64,000 nucleotides of DNA from Octopus sinensis (lineage: Eukaryota), in assembly GCF_006345805.1 (NCBI RefSeq), contig NC_043000.1:36332001-36396000 (forward strand), in the 5' to 3' direction. Below the pieces are notes generated by a model, which was not told the DNA's origin, did no database searches, and saw only the letters and a list, made by a program, of their open reading frames with translations. A program made the translations under genes and the position numbers. Every line of letters begins with the position of its first letter. Position 1 is the first letter of the stretch. Positions 40,215 through 53,224 of the stretch are shown piece after piece.

Positions 40215-41388
40215 GGAGAATAAGAATGAATGTAGTTAGTGTGAAAGTTGTAAGGTGTTAAATGACTTAAAATTGGTACGTTAAAGATTATAGTAGTGAT
40301 TGGGACTGTTTTTTAATGAATTCTTGGGAATCACTTGAGTGTATCGGTTTTAATATTTGCGTGTATATTTGTGTTATTCTAAGGCCGTGGTGAATATGTC
40401 GTTTGTCGTAGACGCGTTCAGAAGGGGCCTGTATTTTGTAATAAAGAGAGTTTATTTACTAATTCGTTGGCTCCAGGTTGTATCGTCCCTGAATTGGTAG
40501 AGAGGAAAAATTCTGAAGCTCGGATTTTTGTTGTTAGCTCAAATGTTTATGTGTTGGCTGAATGCTATTTTTCTGTTTTGAGGAATTTTTATCTGGAATC
40601 TGTGCAGGGCCATTCGTTTACGTAGACTATTTTTTGTTTGGCCTATGTATTGCTCTTGACACCCAGAAAAGGTTTGTGTGTATATCAGGTTCTCCGAAGC
40701 ACATGTGAAGCTGCTTTTCAATGTGAAACGTTGTCCCTGTTTGAAGGAGAACTCTGATCCCTCAATTAGATAATCGCATATCCCACAATTGGGTCTTCCA
40801 CATTATTTTACTGACGGCTTCTGTGTTTTTGAGCGCATTCGGGTTTGTATTAGGAGAATTTTCATAGATTTCGGCTGTCTCTTGCTTTTAATGATGGTGT
40901 GTGTTTGGAGGATTAAGTTCATTCTGTGGTCCTTTTTTAGCAGGGGTATGTTTTGGAGGATGGTGTCGAAGACTTCATTGTTGAGAGGGTTGTGTGTGGA
41001 GATGTATGGTAAGGCTTTTGGTTGTAAATTTTTCTTTAATTTGGGATGTCTGAGTTCCTGGATGTTGAGTTGAAGGGCACGTTGAAAGCATATGTGGTGA
41101 GTGTGTCTTTTAGTTCATGTAGTCGTGTGTCTCTGGTGTTTGCATTAGAAACTATAGTACATATGCTTTCCGCTAGATTGAAGGGGATATTCATTCTGGT
41201 GTATCTGGGGTGGCATGAATTGAATGGAAGATATTGCTTGGAATCCGTAGGCTTATAGTATATATCTGTTTCTATCACGTTATTAGATTTCTTAATGAGG
41301 ATGTCGAGGAAGGGGAGTTGTTGCTGGCTATATTTCATCGTGAATTGGATGTTTACCTCAAGTCCATTTAAAAGTGTTTGGAATTCTT
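40215..41388 (-). mobile_element. Penelope-like element: RT C-terminus + GIY-YIG endonuclease, decayed
   Basis: DCFILW, LPFLDILI, DIYYKPTDSKQYLPFNSCHP, then TCASENLIY...CQEQYIGQTKNSLRKRM..HR. Confidence 0.9.
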
Positions 41389-41429
41389 TAAGTTTCTCTA
41401 TATGTTCATGCCAAAGAATGAAACAGTCA

Positions 41430-41484
<55 letters not shown>

Positions 41485-41865
41485 TAATTTTATTTTTATA
41501 ACGTGCTTTCACTCCACCACCGAGCGCAGTTCTGTGTGCCTTGGGTATGTGCTGTGGTTTGCTGTGAGGCTCTTATGGTTACTGTATTGAAAGTGCTTTG
41601 CGTAGGATGTGTACAGTGCCCAGTACTGTAATTTTCTGTATGTTATATATATTTGTAAGTCCTGGTGTTTTTGCTATGTATTTGTCTGAATATTTTTTTA
41701 TCATACCTATTGCGCCCACTATGATAGGAATTGTTTCTGTTTTTAGATTCCACATTCGAGTTACCTCTATTTCCAGGTCTTTGTATTTTGAAGGTTTCTC
41801 CATTTCTTTTAGAGAAACGTTGTCATTTGCTCGTATTGATACATCAATTAGGAAGCATTTTTTCT
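41485..41865 (-). mobile_element. RLE LINE 3' fragment (second subfamily)
   Basis: CFLIDVSIR..DNVSLKEMEKPSKYKDLEIEVTRMWNLKTETIPIIVGAIG; (TAA)n-rich tracts on both sides. Confidence 0.88.
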
Positions 41866-41868
41866 ATT

Positions 41869-41899
<31 letters not shown>

Positions 41900-41927
41900 T
41901 TATTATTATATTATTATTATTATTATT

Positions 41928-41975
<48 letters not shown>

Positions 41976-42008
41976 AATGATAGTATATAATAATAATGAT
42001 AATAATTA

Positions 42009-42048
<40 letters not shown>

Positions 42049-42057
42049 GTGTGTGTA

Positions 42058-42106
<49 letters not shown>

Positions 42107-42619
42107 CTGCAGACATTTGTCTTCTGCTATAGTCCTGGGCCCACGAAAGTTTTGTGAGCGAATTTGGGAGACGGAAACTAAAGGAAGCAGACAACACATG
42201 CACACACACGCGCGCGCGCACACATAGAAATCTTTTGCTTTACGTAAAATCTGGCCGTAACGCGAAATTCTATTATCGCAAAATTAATTTTCCTTTTGAT
42301 TTTCGAATATGTAAGTCCCTACAGTCTTTTCCATACACAAAAAAGTAAATAAATAAGAAGAAAGAAAAGAGTGAAGACGCACAAGAAATCGACCGAGAAC
42401 AAAAGCCACACGATCACCTTTATTCATGAAAATAACAATTTCTAAAAACACACAGTTCGATAGAGAACCATAAAAAACAAAAAAATTTCAAGAAGACCCC
42501 TAGGGAATTAATAAGAATATCAATATTGTAAGAGAAATTTTTACTACCGAAGATGCTGACTACGGTGCAAGGAGTGGTGGTGGAATGAGCGTTTCCAGGA
42601 AGACGACGGACAATGTTTA

Positions 42620-43390
42620 CTATCTTATAGTTCCTTATCACGGAACACCAGCTTAAAGGAGGGAAGAACTTTTCCAAAGTTGTTGTTTATGACGCATCAT
42701 CTATTTGTAGTTCAATATAGGAACTGGTCTCTTTGTAAACTCTTCTTGTAATTTTTATGTTGTGTTCACGGTTTTTGTAGCCGATTTAAATGGTGCAGAT
42801 GGAACTTCCGTTTTCTTCTCTGTATTTCTCCAACATCAACTTGTTCTTTTACCAGCATCAGTTCCTCGCTAGATAAACTTTCTTTTGTGAGACACTAGCA
42901 ACTCTATCACGTCTTCCTCTATGACACCTTTACAAGTGTCATCATATCTTTCCGAATTTGATGCAGACTTTCTGCTTGGGTGAAAACTTAATAATTCACG
43001 GATGCAGTGCGGCTACGTCCTTTTCCTATCTCTGTTCTAAGCTGAAGGTTTCACTTCAGCCCATCACTCAGCTTTATTATTTACAGTTTTGATTATTTTG
43101 AACTTCTTCCAAAGATCTGTAGGTATTTAACTCCGTCCACAAAATTGCAGATTTATCCTTCTTGTGAAATGCTTTCGTAACTGGTTTGATAGCTCTTTTC
43201 ATATAATATGCCTTGAAGTTAGCTATCGCAACTTGATCGATTGGCTGGAGCAACGGCGTTGTATTCTTAAGAATATATTTCTACTCATCCATAACCACAA
43301 AAGTCATCTAAATTTGGTGGGTGGCTCGGTGCACTATTTAAAAGAAGGTTCACCAGATTTTATAGACAATTCGCCCCTTCTTACGCTTCC
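42620..43390 (-). pseudogene. Tigger/pogo DDE transposase remnant
   Basis: LLNSAPSHP, KNTTPLLQPIDQVAIANFKAYYMKR, VIEEDVIELLVSH. Confidence 0.8.
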
Positions 43391-43812
43391 GATTTAAGAC
43401 ACAAATACACACAAACACACACATACACGCGCACACATGCAATCTGTACACATACTCATACACATACATACATGCACACACATGGCATACATGCTGACAT
43501 CTACTGTATCCAGAGGGATCCAAAAGCTGGAGGGTTGCATTGGTTTAGATGTTAGTGGCACCAGACGGCCATTGTTGGTATCCAAGTGGTTCTATTGCTC
43601 TCACTGATTGTATTCTTGTAGCTGTTTTGTCTCTAGTCAGTCCTCACAAAACTAAGATTACAGACATTCCATTCGACTTTTAAAATAGACCAGGATTAAT
43701 GCATTGTATGTTTTTATTTCAAATGGATTTGCTTATCTCCTTCATACTGTTTATTGCTGGTGTTCATGTTGAAGATAGAAACACCACCACGCGCGTACTC
43801 GCACACATGCTC

Positions 43813-43904
<92 letters not shown>

Positions 43905-44159
43905 GTCTATCTATATATCTATCTATCTAACTATCTATCTACATTTCTCTATCTGTCTGTCTGCCATCGCTTGACAACTGATGCTCGTGTGTTTATTTTA
44001 CCGTAACTTAGCGGTTCAGCAAAAGAGACCGATAGAATAAGCACTAGGCTTACAAATATTAATTCCTTCGGCCGATTTGTTCAACTAAAACCCTTCAAGG
44101 TGAAGTTCCAGCATGGCCGCAGTCAAATGACTGAAACAAATAAAAGAATACAAGAAGAT

Positions 44160-45065
44160 ACCCAGGGTACGTGCAGTATTTGCGGACCGACGTTCATTCG
44201 ACTACAGCAGCATATTTATCAATTTACTATTTTATGTATTTCAGAATTATCAATGGCAGACCGTATGATTGCACAAGAAATGAAGAGACACGCAGTCGTC
44301 TTCGCTATAAAGGCTGAACATAGCAATTTAGAAATAGCACGATTTTTAAAAGTCGCTCAATCCTTCGTCTACAAAATTCACAAGGAGTTAGAGGCTAAAG
44401 ACGGAAATGTATTGCCCATATCAAAACATAAGAAACATTTTAGACACACTGTTAATATAAGAGTACAACCATTTATTCAAAAAGAAAAGCAAAGCATTGA
44501 TGACAATCTCAGAAGATCCATGAGGTTGATTGCAAAAGAATACCATGTGTCAGAAAGAACAATCCGAAATTTTGTCCACAAAGACATCAGATACAAATGT
44601 TATGCGATGAGAAAAGGTCATTCATGTCAGTAACAATGAAGGAAAATTGCTTAATCAGATCTAAAAGACTCCAGAACAAACTTAAAAACCCAGCAGAGAA
44701 AGATGTGATTTGGTTCTTCTCAGACGAGAAAATCTTTGATCAAGGTCTGAAAGTAAACAGAAGAAATGACAGATGGCTATGTACAGACCCTTCAGAAGTT
44801 CCAAGCGTAATGCATACAAAATTTCTTGCAACTGTCATGGTTTTAGGGTTTGTCAGCAATGAAGGACATGTGATGCCTCCTCACTTCTTTCAAGAAGGTC
44901 TTGGAGTAAGCTCTGCCGCATAAAGAGATGTTCTGAATACAGTGGTTATGCCATGGATTGATAATGTACGCAACGGAAGACCTTATGCGTTTCAACAAGA
45001 CTCGGCACCATCACAAAAGGCTACAGCAACGCAGGAATGAATTGCGGAAAATGATCATGACCACA
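44160..45065 (+). mobile_element. maT (DD37D-type Tc1/mariner) transposase pseudogene, 3' truncated
   Basis: ATG 44253; HTH region (EIARFLKV; SMRLIAKEYHVSERTIR); frameshift near 44620; WFFSDEK, VNRRNDRW, VMVLGFVS, FQQDSAP; in-frame stops. Confidence 0.9.
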
Positions 45066-45138
45066 TAATAGATAGATAGATATAGATAGATATATGTAAG
45101 CATGTATGTATAGCAAATGTACACACAAACATACATAA

Positions 45139-45186
<48 letters not shown>

Positions 45187-45329
45187 CCGCCGAGGTCGAC
45201 TTTGCCTTTCATCCTTTCGGGGTCGATAGATAAAGTACCAGCTTCGCACTGGGGTCCATGAAATCGGCTTAATCCGTTTGTCTGTCCTTGTTTGTCCCCT
45301 CTATGTTTAGCTCCTAGTGGGTAGTAAAG

Positions 45330-45364
<35 letters not shown>

Positions 45365-45365
<1 letters not shown>

Positions 45366-45897
45366 GAGGGTGAGTCAAAAAGAAATGACATTTTGTTTAG
45401 GACGGGTATAATTACCAACACAGGAACATGTATCATACATCCAAATGAAGCTGGTCCTCTGCGGATTACATCTCTACTTCTCAACATAGTCCTCGTTTCT
45501 ATCAATAGCAATGTTCCACCTTCGAATGAGACCATGTATCTCTGCCCCGTAAAATTCTGTTGACTGTTCTTTGAGCCACTTCTTCACTACAGTTTTCACT
45601 TCGGACTATCATCCCTTCGGCCCCTCTAAAGAAGGTTTCAGAGGCAAAGAATATTCCAGTGACGAGGAAGTGAAAACTGTAGTGAAGAAGTGGCTCAGTA
45701 AACAGAATTTTACGGAGCGAGGATACATGCTCTCATTCGGAGATGGAACATTGCCATTGAGAGAAACGGTGACTATGTTGAGAAGTAGGGATAGGGTCCA
45801 CAGAGGACGAGCTTCATTTTGATGTATGATATATGTTCCTGTGTTGGTAATTATATCCGTCCTAAACAAAATGGCATTACTTTTTGACTTACCCTCG
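45365..45897. mobile_element. mariner-derived MITE built from two inverted right ends
   Basis: TIRs CGAGGGTGAGTCAAAAAG / CTTTTTGACTTACCCTCG; flanking TA; both arms encode the C-terminus (SDYH.FG..., EEVKTVVKKWL, RRWNIAI.RN.DYVEK*). Confidence 0.92.
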
Positions 45898-46048
45898 TAT
45901 ATGTATGTGTGTGTGCGTGCAAGTGTTCATATGCATAATTATGTACTTAACTGAATTACACTAGCATGACATCATTACTGTTGCCCAGAACAAATTGAAG
46001 AGTTAAACAATATATTTGTGTATATCTAATATTTAATATACGTGTGTA

Positions 46049-46098
<50 letters not shown>

Positions 46099-46103
46099 TA
46101 TAT

Positions 46104-46363
46104 ATAGAATGGTTGTATACTGTCAATCTAACAAGAACGTGACAGTAGGGGGTACACCACCGTTGTATAGCCCTAGGAAGCATCGAACGCCTCCTGCCGG
46201 CGGCCGGGGGTGTTTGTCTCCCCTTCGTATATGTGTATAAGGACACAGGGAAAAAATGTGTCAAAGCTATCAGGAGGCGTTCGATGCTTCCTAGAGCTAT
46301 ACAGCGGTGGTGTACCCCCTACTGTCACGTTCTTGTTAGATTGACAGTATACAACCATTCTAT
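46104..46363. mobile_element. Fold-back element/MITE: 93-bp arms, 74-bp spacer
   Basis: 46104-46196 versus 46271-46363, 2 mismatches. Confidence 0.9.
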
Positions 46364-46479
46364 CGCCCCACCACCGTACATGTCTCTAAGAGAGATTTAG
46401 AAATTCAATATTTCTGATATATATATATATGCATACATACATGGAAGCACGATCTTATACATAATCTATACATGTACAT

Positions 46480-47270
46480 AGTCATATGCTCGCACGTCCA
46501 CACACATTTCCATATGTGAATACACACTGTCACATACACGCAAACACACACACACACATACACACACACACATACACACACACACACACTTCATGTGCGT
46601 ATGATTCGTAACAAGCTATTACGCATGAATCATCGCGTTAATTAACCTTTAGAATTAAGAATGCGCTTTATGGGTGCTTGCTTGTGAATGCCTCGGCAGT
46701 GGTATGTCTGCGAGTGTGTTTGTGTGTATGTGTGTGTGTGATTGAGTCTGTGCGTGTTTGCGTATGTGCACAGGTGCGTGTGTGATTGTGTGCAAACGCT
46801 TGACTGCATGTGTTGGACTACGTGTGTGTGCTTATGTGTATATGTATGCATTCGCATACGAGTGTGTGTGTGTACGTATGTGCAAAGATGTGTGTGTGTG
46901 TGTCTGGGCAAAGGTACGTGTGCATAGGGGAGTGTATGCATGCGGTGCGTGTGTGTGTGTTGTGCTGCTATGCATAGGTGTGAGTGCAGTGTGTGTGTGA
47001 GCGTGTGTGTGTGCAGTGTGTATGTGTCTGCAATGTGTGTGTGCAGTGTGTGTGTGCAGTGTGTGTGTGTGCAGTGTGTGTGTGTGCAGTGTGTGTGCGA
47101 GTGTGTGTGTGTGTGCGTGCTGCTATGCATGGGTGTGTGTGTGCCTCTATGCATAGGTGCGCGTGTATATTTGTGTGCATAGGTTTGTGTGCTTGTGTGG
47201 GTGCATAGTTTGTGTGTGTGCATGGTTGTATGCGTAATTGCGTGTGTATATGTGTGTATGTGTATATTCA
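46480..47270. repeat. Decayed (TG)n/(TGCA)n alternating purine-pyrimidine tract
   Basis: Direct reading. Confidence 0.9.
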
Positions 47271-47300
47271 TAATGAGTGTGTATGATGTTATATTCTGAT

Positions 47301-47542
47301 CCCCGCCCCGCCCCCACTTCTCTCCCTCTCCTTCCCCGCCGCCTCCCTCCTCTCACCCGGCTTCTCTGCGAGTCTCGAATTCTGCGACAAAAATACTAAA
47401 GTGCTACCCTGAAGCGATCACTAATTATGTACCGGGGTACATTGGATCGATTGAAATCTCTCTCCGAAATGTGGAACCTTACGTCATTATGAAGAATCGC
47501 TGCTAAAATCTACATCGACATTTTCATTTATTACTGGTAAGA
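47301..47542 (+). promoter_or_regulatory. Tandem GC boxes followed by unique sequence ending in donor CTG|GTAAGA
   Basis: CCCCGCCCCGCCCC 47301-47314; donor at 47536/47537; motif match only. Confidence 0.3.
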
Positions 47543-47576
47543 GGGATAATGATGATGAAGATGATGATGAGGGTGT

Positions 47577-47608
<32 letters not shown>

Positions 47609-47902
47609 GTAGTGGCGGCGGTGGTGGTGGTGGTAGTGATGTTGATGATGATGGTGATGATAAATATAATGGTGCTGGTTATGATGATGATGATGATGCT
47701 GATGATGCTGATGAGGGTATCGATGGTGAAAGCTGTAGTTGATGTGGCAGCGGTGATGTTAATAATGATGATGACGGTGGTTCTGTTATGTTCTTATTTA
47801 AAACCGGTTACCTTACGTTGCTTCGTGGAGCAACTACGTCGGTGGAACTCTTACTTTACTTCGTTACATCACCATAATCACTTATTCATTATTGTTATAT
47901 TG

Positions 47903-48280
47903 CGGAGGCGCAACGGCCCAATGGTTAGGGCAGCAGGCTTGTGTGCGTAGGCTCGCGGTTTCGATTCCCAGGCTGGGAATTGTGAGTGTCTGTTGAGCGA
48001 AAAACCCCAAAGCTCCACGAGGCTCCAGCAGTGGGTGGTGATGAACCTTCCTGTACTATTTTACCACAACTTTCTCTCATTCTTTCTTTCTGTTTCTGTT
48101 GCACCTGTATTTCAAAGGGCCAGCCTTGTCACACTTTGTGTCAGGAGGAATCTCCTCGAGAACTACGTTAAGGGCACACGTGTCTGTGAGGTGATCAGCC
48201 AATTGTACGTTAATTTCACAAGCAGGCTGTTCCGTTCATCGGATCAGTTGGAACCCTCGTTGTCGTAACCGACGGGGTGT
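47903..48280 (+). mobile_element. SINE family A
   Basis: GGAGGCGCAACGGCCC head to GTCGTAACCGACGG tail. Confidence 0.88.
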
Positions 48281-48309
48281 AAGTATATTAGTATCGAACA
48301 TCAGCATTT

Positions 48310-48755
48310 GGCGCAGGAGTGGCTGTGTGGAAAGAAGTTTGCTTCCCAATCACATAAATCCGGGTTTAGTCCCACTGCATGGCACATTGGGCAAGTGTCT
48401 TCTCCTGTAGCCTCGGCCCGATCAAAGCCTTGTGAGTGGGCTTCATAGACAGGAACTCAAAGAAGCCCATCGTATATATACATATATATATGTGCGTGTG
48501 TGTGAATGTGTGTGTGTGCATTTGTGTGTCTGTGTGCATTTGTGTGTCTGTGTTTGTCCTCCGACCATCGCCTGACAACCGATGCTGGTATGTTTACGTC
48601 CCTGCAACTTAGCGCTTCGGTAAAAGAGACCGATAGAATAAATACTAGGCTTACAAAAAATATGTCCCGGGGTCGATTTGCTAGATTAAAGGCGGTGCGC
48701 CAGCATGGCCGCAGTCAAAATGAATGAAACAAGTAAAAGAGTAAAAGAATAAAAG
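48310..48755 (+). mobile_element. SINE family B, full-length reference copy
   Basis: GGCGCAGGAGTGGCTGTGTGG head, (TA)n(TG)n core 48472-48555, tail to GAAACAAGTAAAAGA. Confidence 0.9.
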
Positions 48756-48912
48756 AATATTGTTATTGTCCTCTTTGTAGGAGGTGAAAACAAAGTAATA
48801 CGATTCCAAATTTACCAGGTTTTATGACGTCTTCTCTGTGTGCTGATCATTCATTTTCATTAGGAAATTACTATTTGTAAATCTCACGAGAGATATTCAG
48901 CAACAATACTTC

Positions 48913-49303
48913 GGAGTAAAGATTGTTTGCCAATATAACATGGTAGTCCTGGTTTAGGACTAATGTTGCTGTAATTTAGCCCCAGGAGACATCGTCTCCA
49001 GCTGGCTATACGACACGATCTGTCTCCTTATATTTTCGAACAAGGGAATCTAGCACCCCCACTCAGCTCAAAACCTCTAGATGGTCATTTATTCTGTGCT
49101 GATGAAGAGAAATAACAAGGAAATTGCGATACACAAATATTGTTTTGAGCTGAGTGGGAGTGCTAGATTCCCTTGTTCGAAATTATAAGGACGCAGATCG
49201 CGTCGTATAACCAGCTGAAGACGATGTCTCCTGGGGCTAAATTACAACAACATTCGTCCTAAAAAAGGACTGCCATGTTATGTTGGCTAACAATGTTTGC
49301 TCC
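48913..49303. mobile_element. Fold-back element/MITE: about 162-bp arms, 67-bp spacer
   Basis: 48913-49074 versus 49142-49303, roughly 85% complementary; a decayed single arm lies at about 23690-23770. Confidence 0.88.
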
Positions 49304-49419
49304 ATTTATTTTCATGTTTTCATTGCCATTATGTAAAGACACGTTGGTGTTTACATACAGATATTTTTCGCGAAGTTGTTGAAGTTGGTTGGACAGGAAT
49401 ATCGATATAGTCATTCAAG

Positions 49420-49720
49420 AAATTGACCATGGGACGGCCCTCTTCGAAGACAAATATACCAATACAGATCAAGACTGAAAGCCACTGTGATTGAGCCGAC
49501 ATCGCTGGAAACACAAGCCCTAGACCGTACCAAGTGGCGGTGCCCCATCACCATCGGAAGCAAAGACTTCTGAGACGAGAAAAGGAAGAAATTAAACGAC
49601 AGGAGAGGAAAACTCAACAAAATCAACCTCGCTCTCCACCAATATTGCCATGCAGTCAATGCTATCGACTTTTCTATGCAAGAATTGGTCAACAGAGTTA
49701 CCAACGACATTACCATAAAG
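49420..49720 (+). mobile_element. RTE (BovB-like) LINE 3' end
   Basis: ETQALDRTKWR and C-terminal CSQCYRLFYARIGQQSYQRHYH (C2H2-like remnant). Confidence 0.75.
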
Positions 49721-50080
49721 GAAGCATTCAGCAAAGAAAAAATAAATTCTCGGATACAAGATAAATTCAACAAGTGTCTCAGAAAATACAATACTTCGGC
49801 CACAACTGTCGTCTATGTTGCATGAAACTGGTCCTCGCCTTTACCGCGAATGTTGTAGTTTCTTTTGTCAAAATGAGTTACGATTTGTTCAGATAATCCA
49901 GAGATTATCTTATTTTCATTGATACCTGATGCATCCATTAGAGCCCTGCATAGGCGTAGCTTTATTATGGTCCACCATTGTTAACTTACGTGCCACCGCC
50001 ATCATTTAATGGCTGTTTCATACTTAGTCCTTAGATTTCCCAAATCTGATTTCTAGTGGCAAGTCTATTAAGGTAAATAC

Positions 50081-50469
50081 GTGGAGGCGCAATGGCCCAG
50101 TGGTTAGGGCAGCGGACTCGCGGTCATAGGATCGCGGTTTCGATTCCCAGACCGGGCGTTGTGAGTGTTTATTGAGCGAAAACACCTAAACGTTCCACGG
50201 GGCTCCGGCAGGGGATGGTCGTGATCCCTGCTGTACTCTTTCACCACAACTTTTTCTCACTCTTACTTCCTGTTTCTGTTGTACCTGTATTTCAAGGGGC
50301 CGGCCTTGTCACTCTCTGTGTCACGCTGAATATCCCCGAGAACTACGTTAAGGGTGCACGTGTCTGTGGAGTGCTCAGCCACCTACACGTTAATTTCACG
50401 AGCAGGCTGTTCCGTTGATTCGGATCAACCGGAACCCTCATCGTCGTAACCGACGGAGTGCTTCCATCC
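50081..50469 (+). mobile_element. SINE family A, full length
   Basis: 11-bp TSD AAGGTAAATAC at 50070-50080 and 50470-50480. Confidence 0.95.
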
Positions 50470-51059
50470 AAGGTAAATACAATTAATATAATCCACAGGT
50501 GGGGATCCAGCAGAGCAAAGGACTCAGACATATACAAAAAAATGGGTAAAATACATTTATGACCTAGATAATTTTGGTAATTAAACAAAAATTAATTAAG
50601 TGGAATATCTCAGAGTGGCTAATGGCATCTACATGAACGACGTAGGCACATATTTGTGAATGGTATTTGCTATATCTATAATTGTGCTTGTTATATATAG
50701 ACGTTCACACACGGAATAACTGCACACATTTAGGGTGTGGGAACAGGGGTACTCCACATTCACTATTCTTGATAAACCTTTCAACAACAACCAGCCAAAA
50801 CCATGATGGTATCTGAAACAAAAGTGATAATACGGAAACACAATTTCGATATAGGAACAGGAGTGGCTGTGTGGTACGAAATTTGCTTCCTAAATGCAGA
50901 GATCCGGGTTCAGTACACTTACGTGGTAATTTGGGCAAGTGTCTTCTACTAAAGCCTCAGGCCGACTAAAGACTTGCGAATGGATTTAGTAGACGGAAAG
51001 AGAAAGGTGTTTTAATGATTCTTTACAATTGTCTCCGTACCAAATCTATTTGTAACAAT

Positions 51060-51220
51060 AGTTTACGCAAAACCTCGAAGTGAAAATTTATGTAATGTTA
51101 CCGGTTTTGCCCATTAGAGAGGCAGTAGCACACCTGTGATGCAAGTCTGATAATATGCCTTTCTAATGTCTAAAACCGCAAACATTACGTAAATTTTCAC
51201 CTCGAATTTTTGCGTAAACT
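51060..51220. mobile_element. Fold-back element: about 65-bp arms, 31-bp spacer
   Basis: AGTTTACGCAAAACCTCGAAGTGAAAATTTATGTAATGTT... / ...AACATTACGTAAATTTTCACCTCGAATTTTTGCGTAAACT. Confidence 0.85.
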
Positions 51221-51454
51221 GGTGTTGTAAAGGCAGTGGGTACAGAAATGAATCATTAGAGATATATATATGTATATATATGTATGATATATATATGGGA
51301 CCGAACCCTGAAACATGTGGTTGGTAAGGAAGCTGCTTACCACACAGCCACTCCTGCGCTTATATATATATATATATAATTATTAGAGGAAATAAAATCC
51401 AGACTTACAAGGAAAAAGAATTCAATTTAGAAATACTAAATCAAATTCCACACA

Positions 51455-51517
<63 letters not shown>

Positions 51518-52804
51518 CCAAAGTGTACTTACGCCGCTATGTGTTTTACATATAAAAAATACAAAATGGGACAAGAACGCAAATCATCCAAACAGTTAGG
51601 TGATACAAAAAATGGACAACAAAACATCCAGATAGACGATATAAAGAAAACAAGGACGGGTCATTCGGAGTTTTCTTTCTTCAGTCAAGTTCCAGATTAT
51701 CTTTGCAATTACGGCTAGTTGTACTCGAACAAATAACAGAACGAATTAGATTAAGCTGGCGTGTGTGGAAGTAAAGCCTTGCGGTAGTAATACAAGATTT
51801 CACAGTCATAGGGAGGAATATAGATGTTGCACGTACAGCGGCCGAACCAAGAAATGTATATATGTGTGTGTGTGTACTGACCTCACAAAAATTTGCCGAA
51901 AAGACGACAAATATCCAAAAGCTGCTACCCAAGAGTAACGTCCCATGATGCATTGACTCATTATTTTATTCACGGGAATTTACTTGAACCGTCGTGAACT
52001 AAACGAGACTGTTTTCCAAAACGGAGGCGAACACCTTTCTCTATGTGATCGGTTTTAAAAATTGCCCAGGCACTAGGCTATTTTCCCACTTTTCTTAACA
52101 TGAAACCAATAGTAGCCTTAATTCACAAATAAAGAAATTTTATCCACCAATGCAGTGTTGCGCACCCAGTTTCATCGTTCGACATATACATATATACATA
52201 TATACATACGTCCAGACATAGGTGTATAACTACCGAACTGATGTCTAAATTCTAATGAAAGAAACATGTCAATTTTTAGAAATCTGCCATTCCTCTTAGT
52301 GTGACAGTTGAGAACATAAAATACATATCTGTATGCTCAAAAATATATACCCACATACACATAAAATTATACATGTACATAGCTACATAAATAATAAACC
52401 TGCATACGTAATTAATTATACACGCATCTAACTACATATATACAAACTTATATAATTATACACGTACATAACTACATATATACATACATAATTATACACG
52501 TACATAACTACATATATACATACAATCATACGTACATGCATACGTATATACGCATTAAGAAACCCACTGCTACGTAAATATATAGAGCAATTGCTAAACT
52601 AGTCACTTGTCTTCTAAGTTCTCTAATATTTCATAGTTTCTCTCGACATATTCAATAAGCCGACACATACTTACTTCCTTTACTTTATCATTTCTCTGAC
52701 GACCGTTGACGTCATCTTGCGTTTCACCGAATCGCCACACTCCCCCACTGTGTGTGCATGTATATGTTTGTATGCATGTATGTGTGCATGTGTGTGTGTG
52801 TGTA

Positions 52805-52842
<38 letters not shown>

Positions 52843-53164
52843 GTATTCTGTAGAAGTAGCGCAAAACCTATCAGATTAACGTTAAGTTGGTTTTATTACA
52901 GCAAGCAAAGTAGTTCGTTAGAAAATCTTTATAAGTAACTATACTGAGAATTACTGTTTGTCGCCACTCCGACCATGGCTATTCCGTACGAACCGACATT
53001 ACAACCATTTTTTAACCCCAAGAGGATGCCCCCCGTAGCTGTTTGTCGATGTAATCTGCGCCCGATATATATTGGTTGCAGGGGAGCGAAATCCTATCAG
53101 CTTCAAGCGACTCGACTGACCGACGGGTTTCGACTAAGATTTGCCCATAAAAAACAACCATTAA

Positions 53165-53209
<45 letters not shown>

Positions 53210-53224
53210 TAATAAAAATTATGT

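Noticed and set aside
50700-50830. Minus-strand acceptor CACTTTTGTTTCAG with open frames
   Set aside because: No strong downstream donor and no recognisable peptide.
51655-51695. Minus-strand CTGAAGA...GAAT..GTC motif
   Set aside because: GAAT instead of GAAA, and no stem I pairing.
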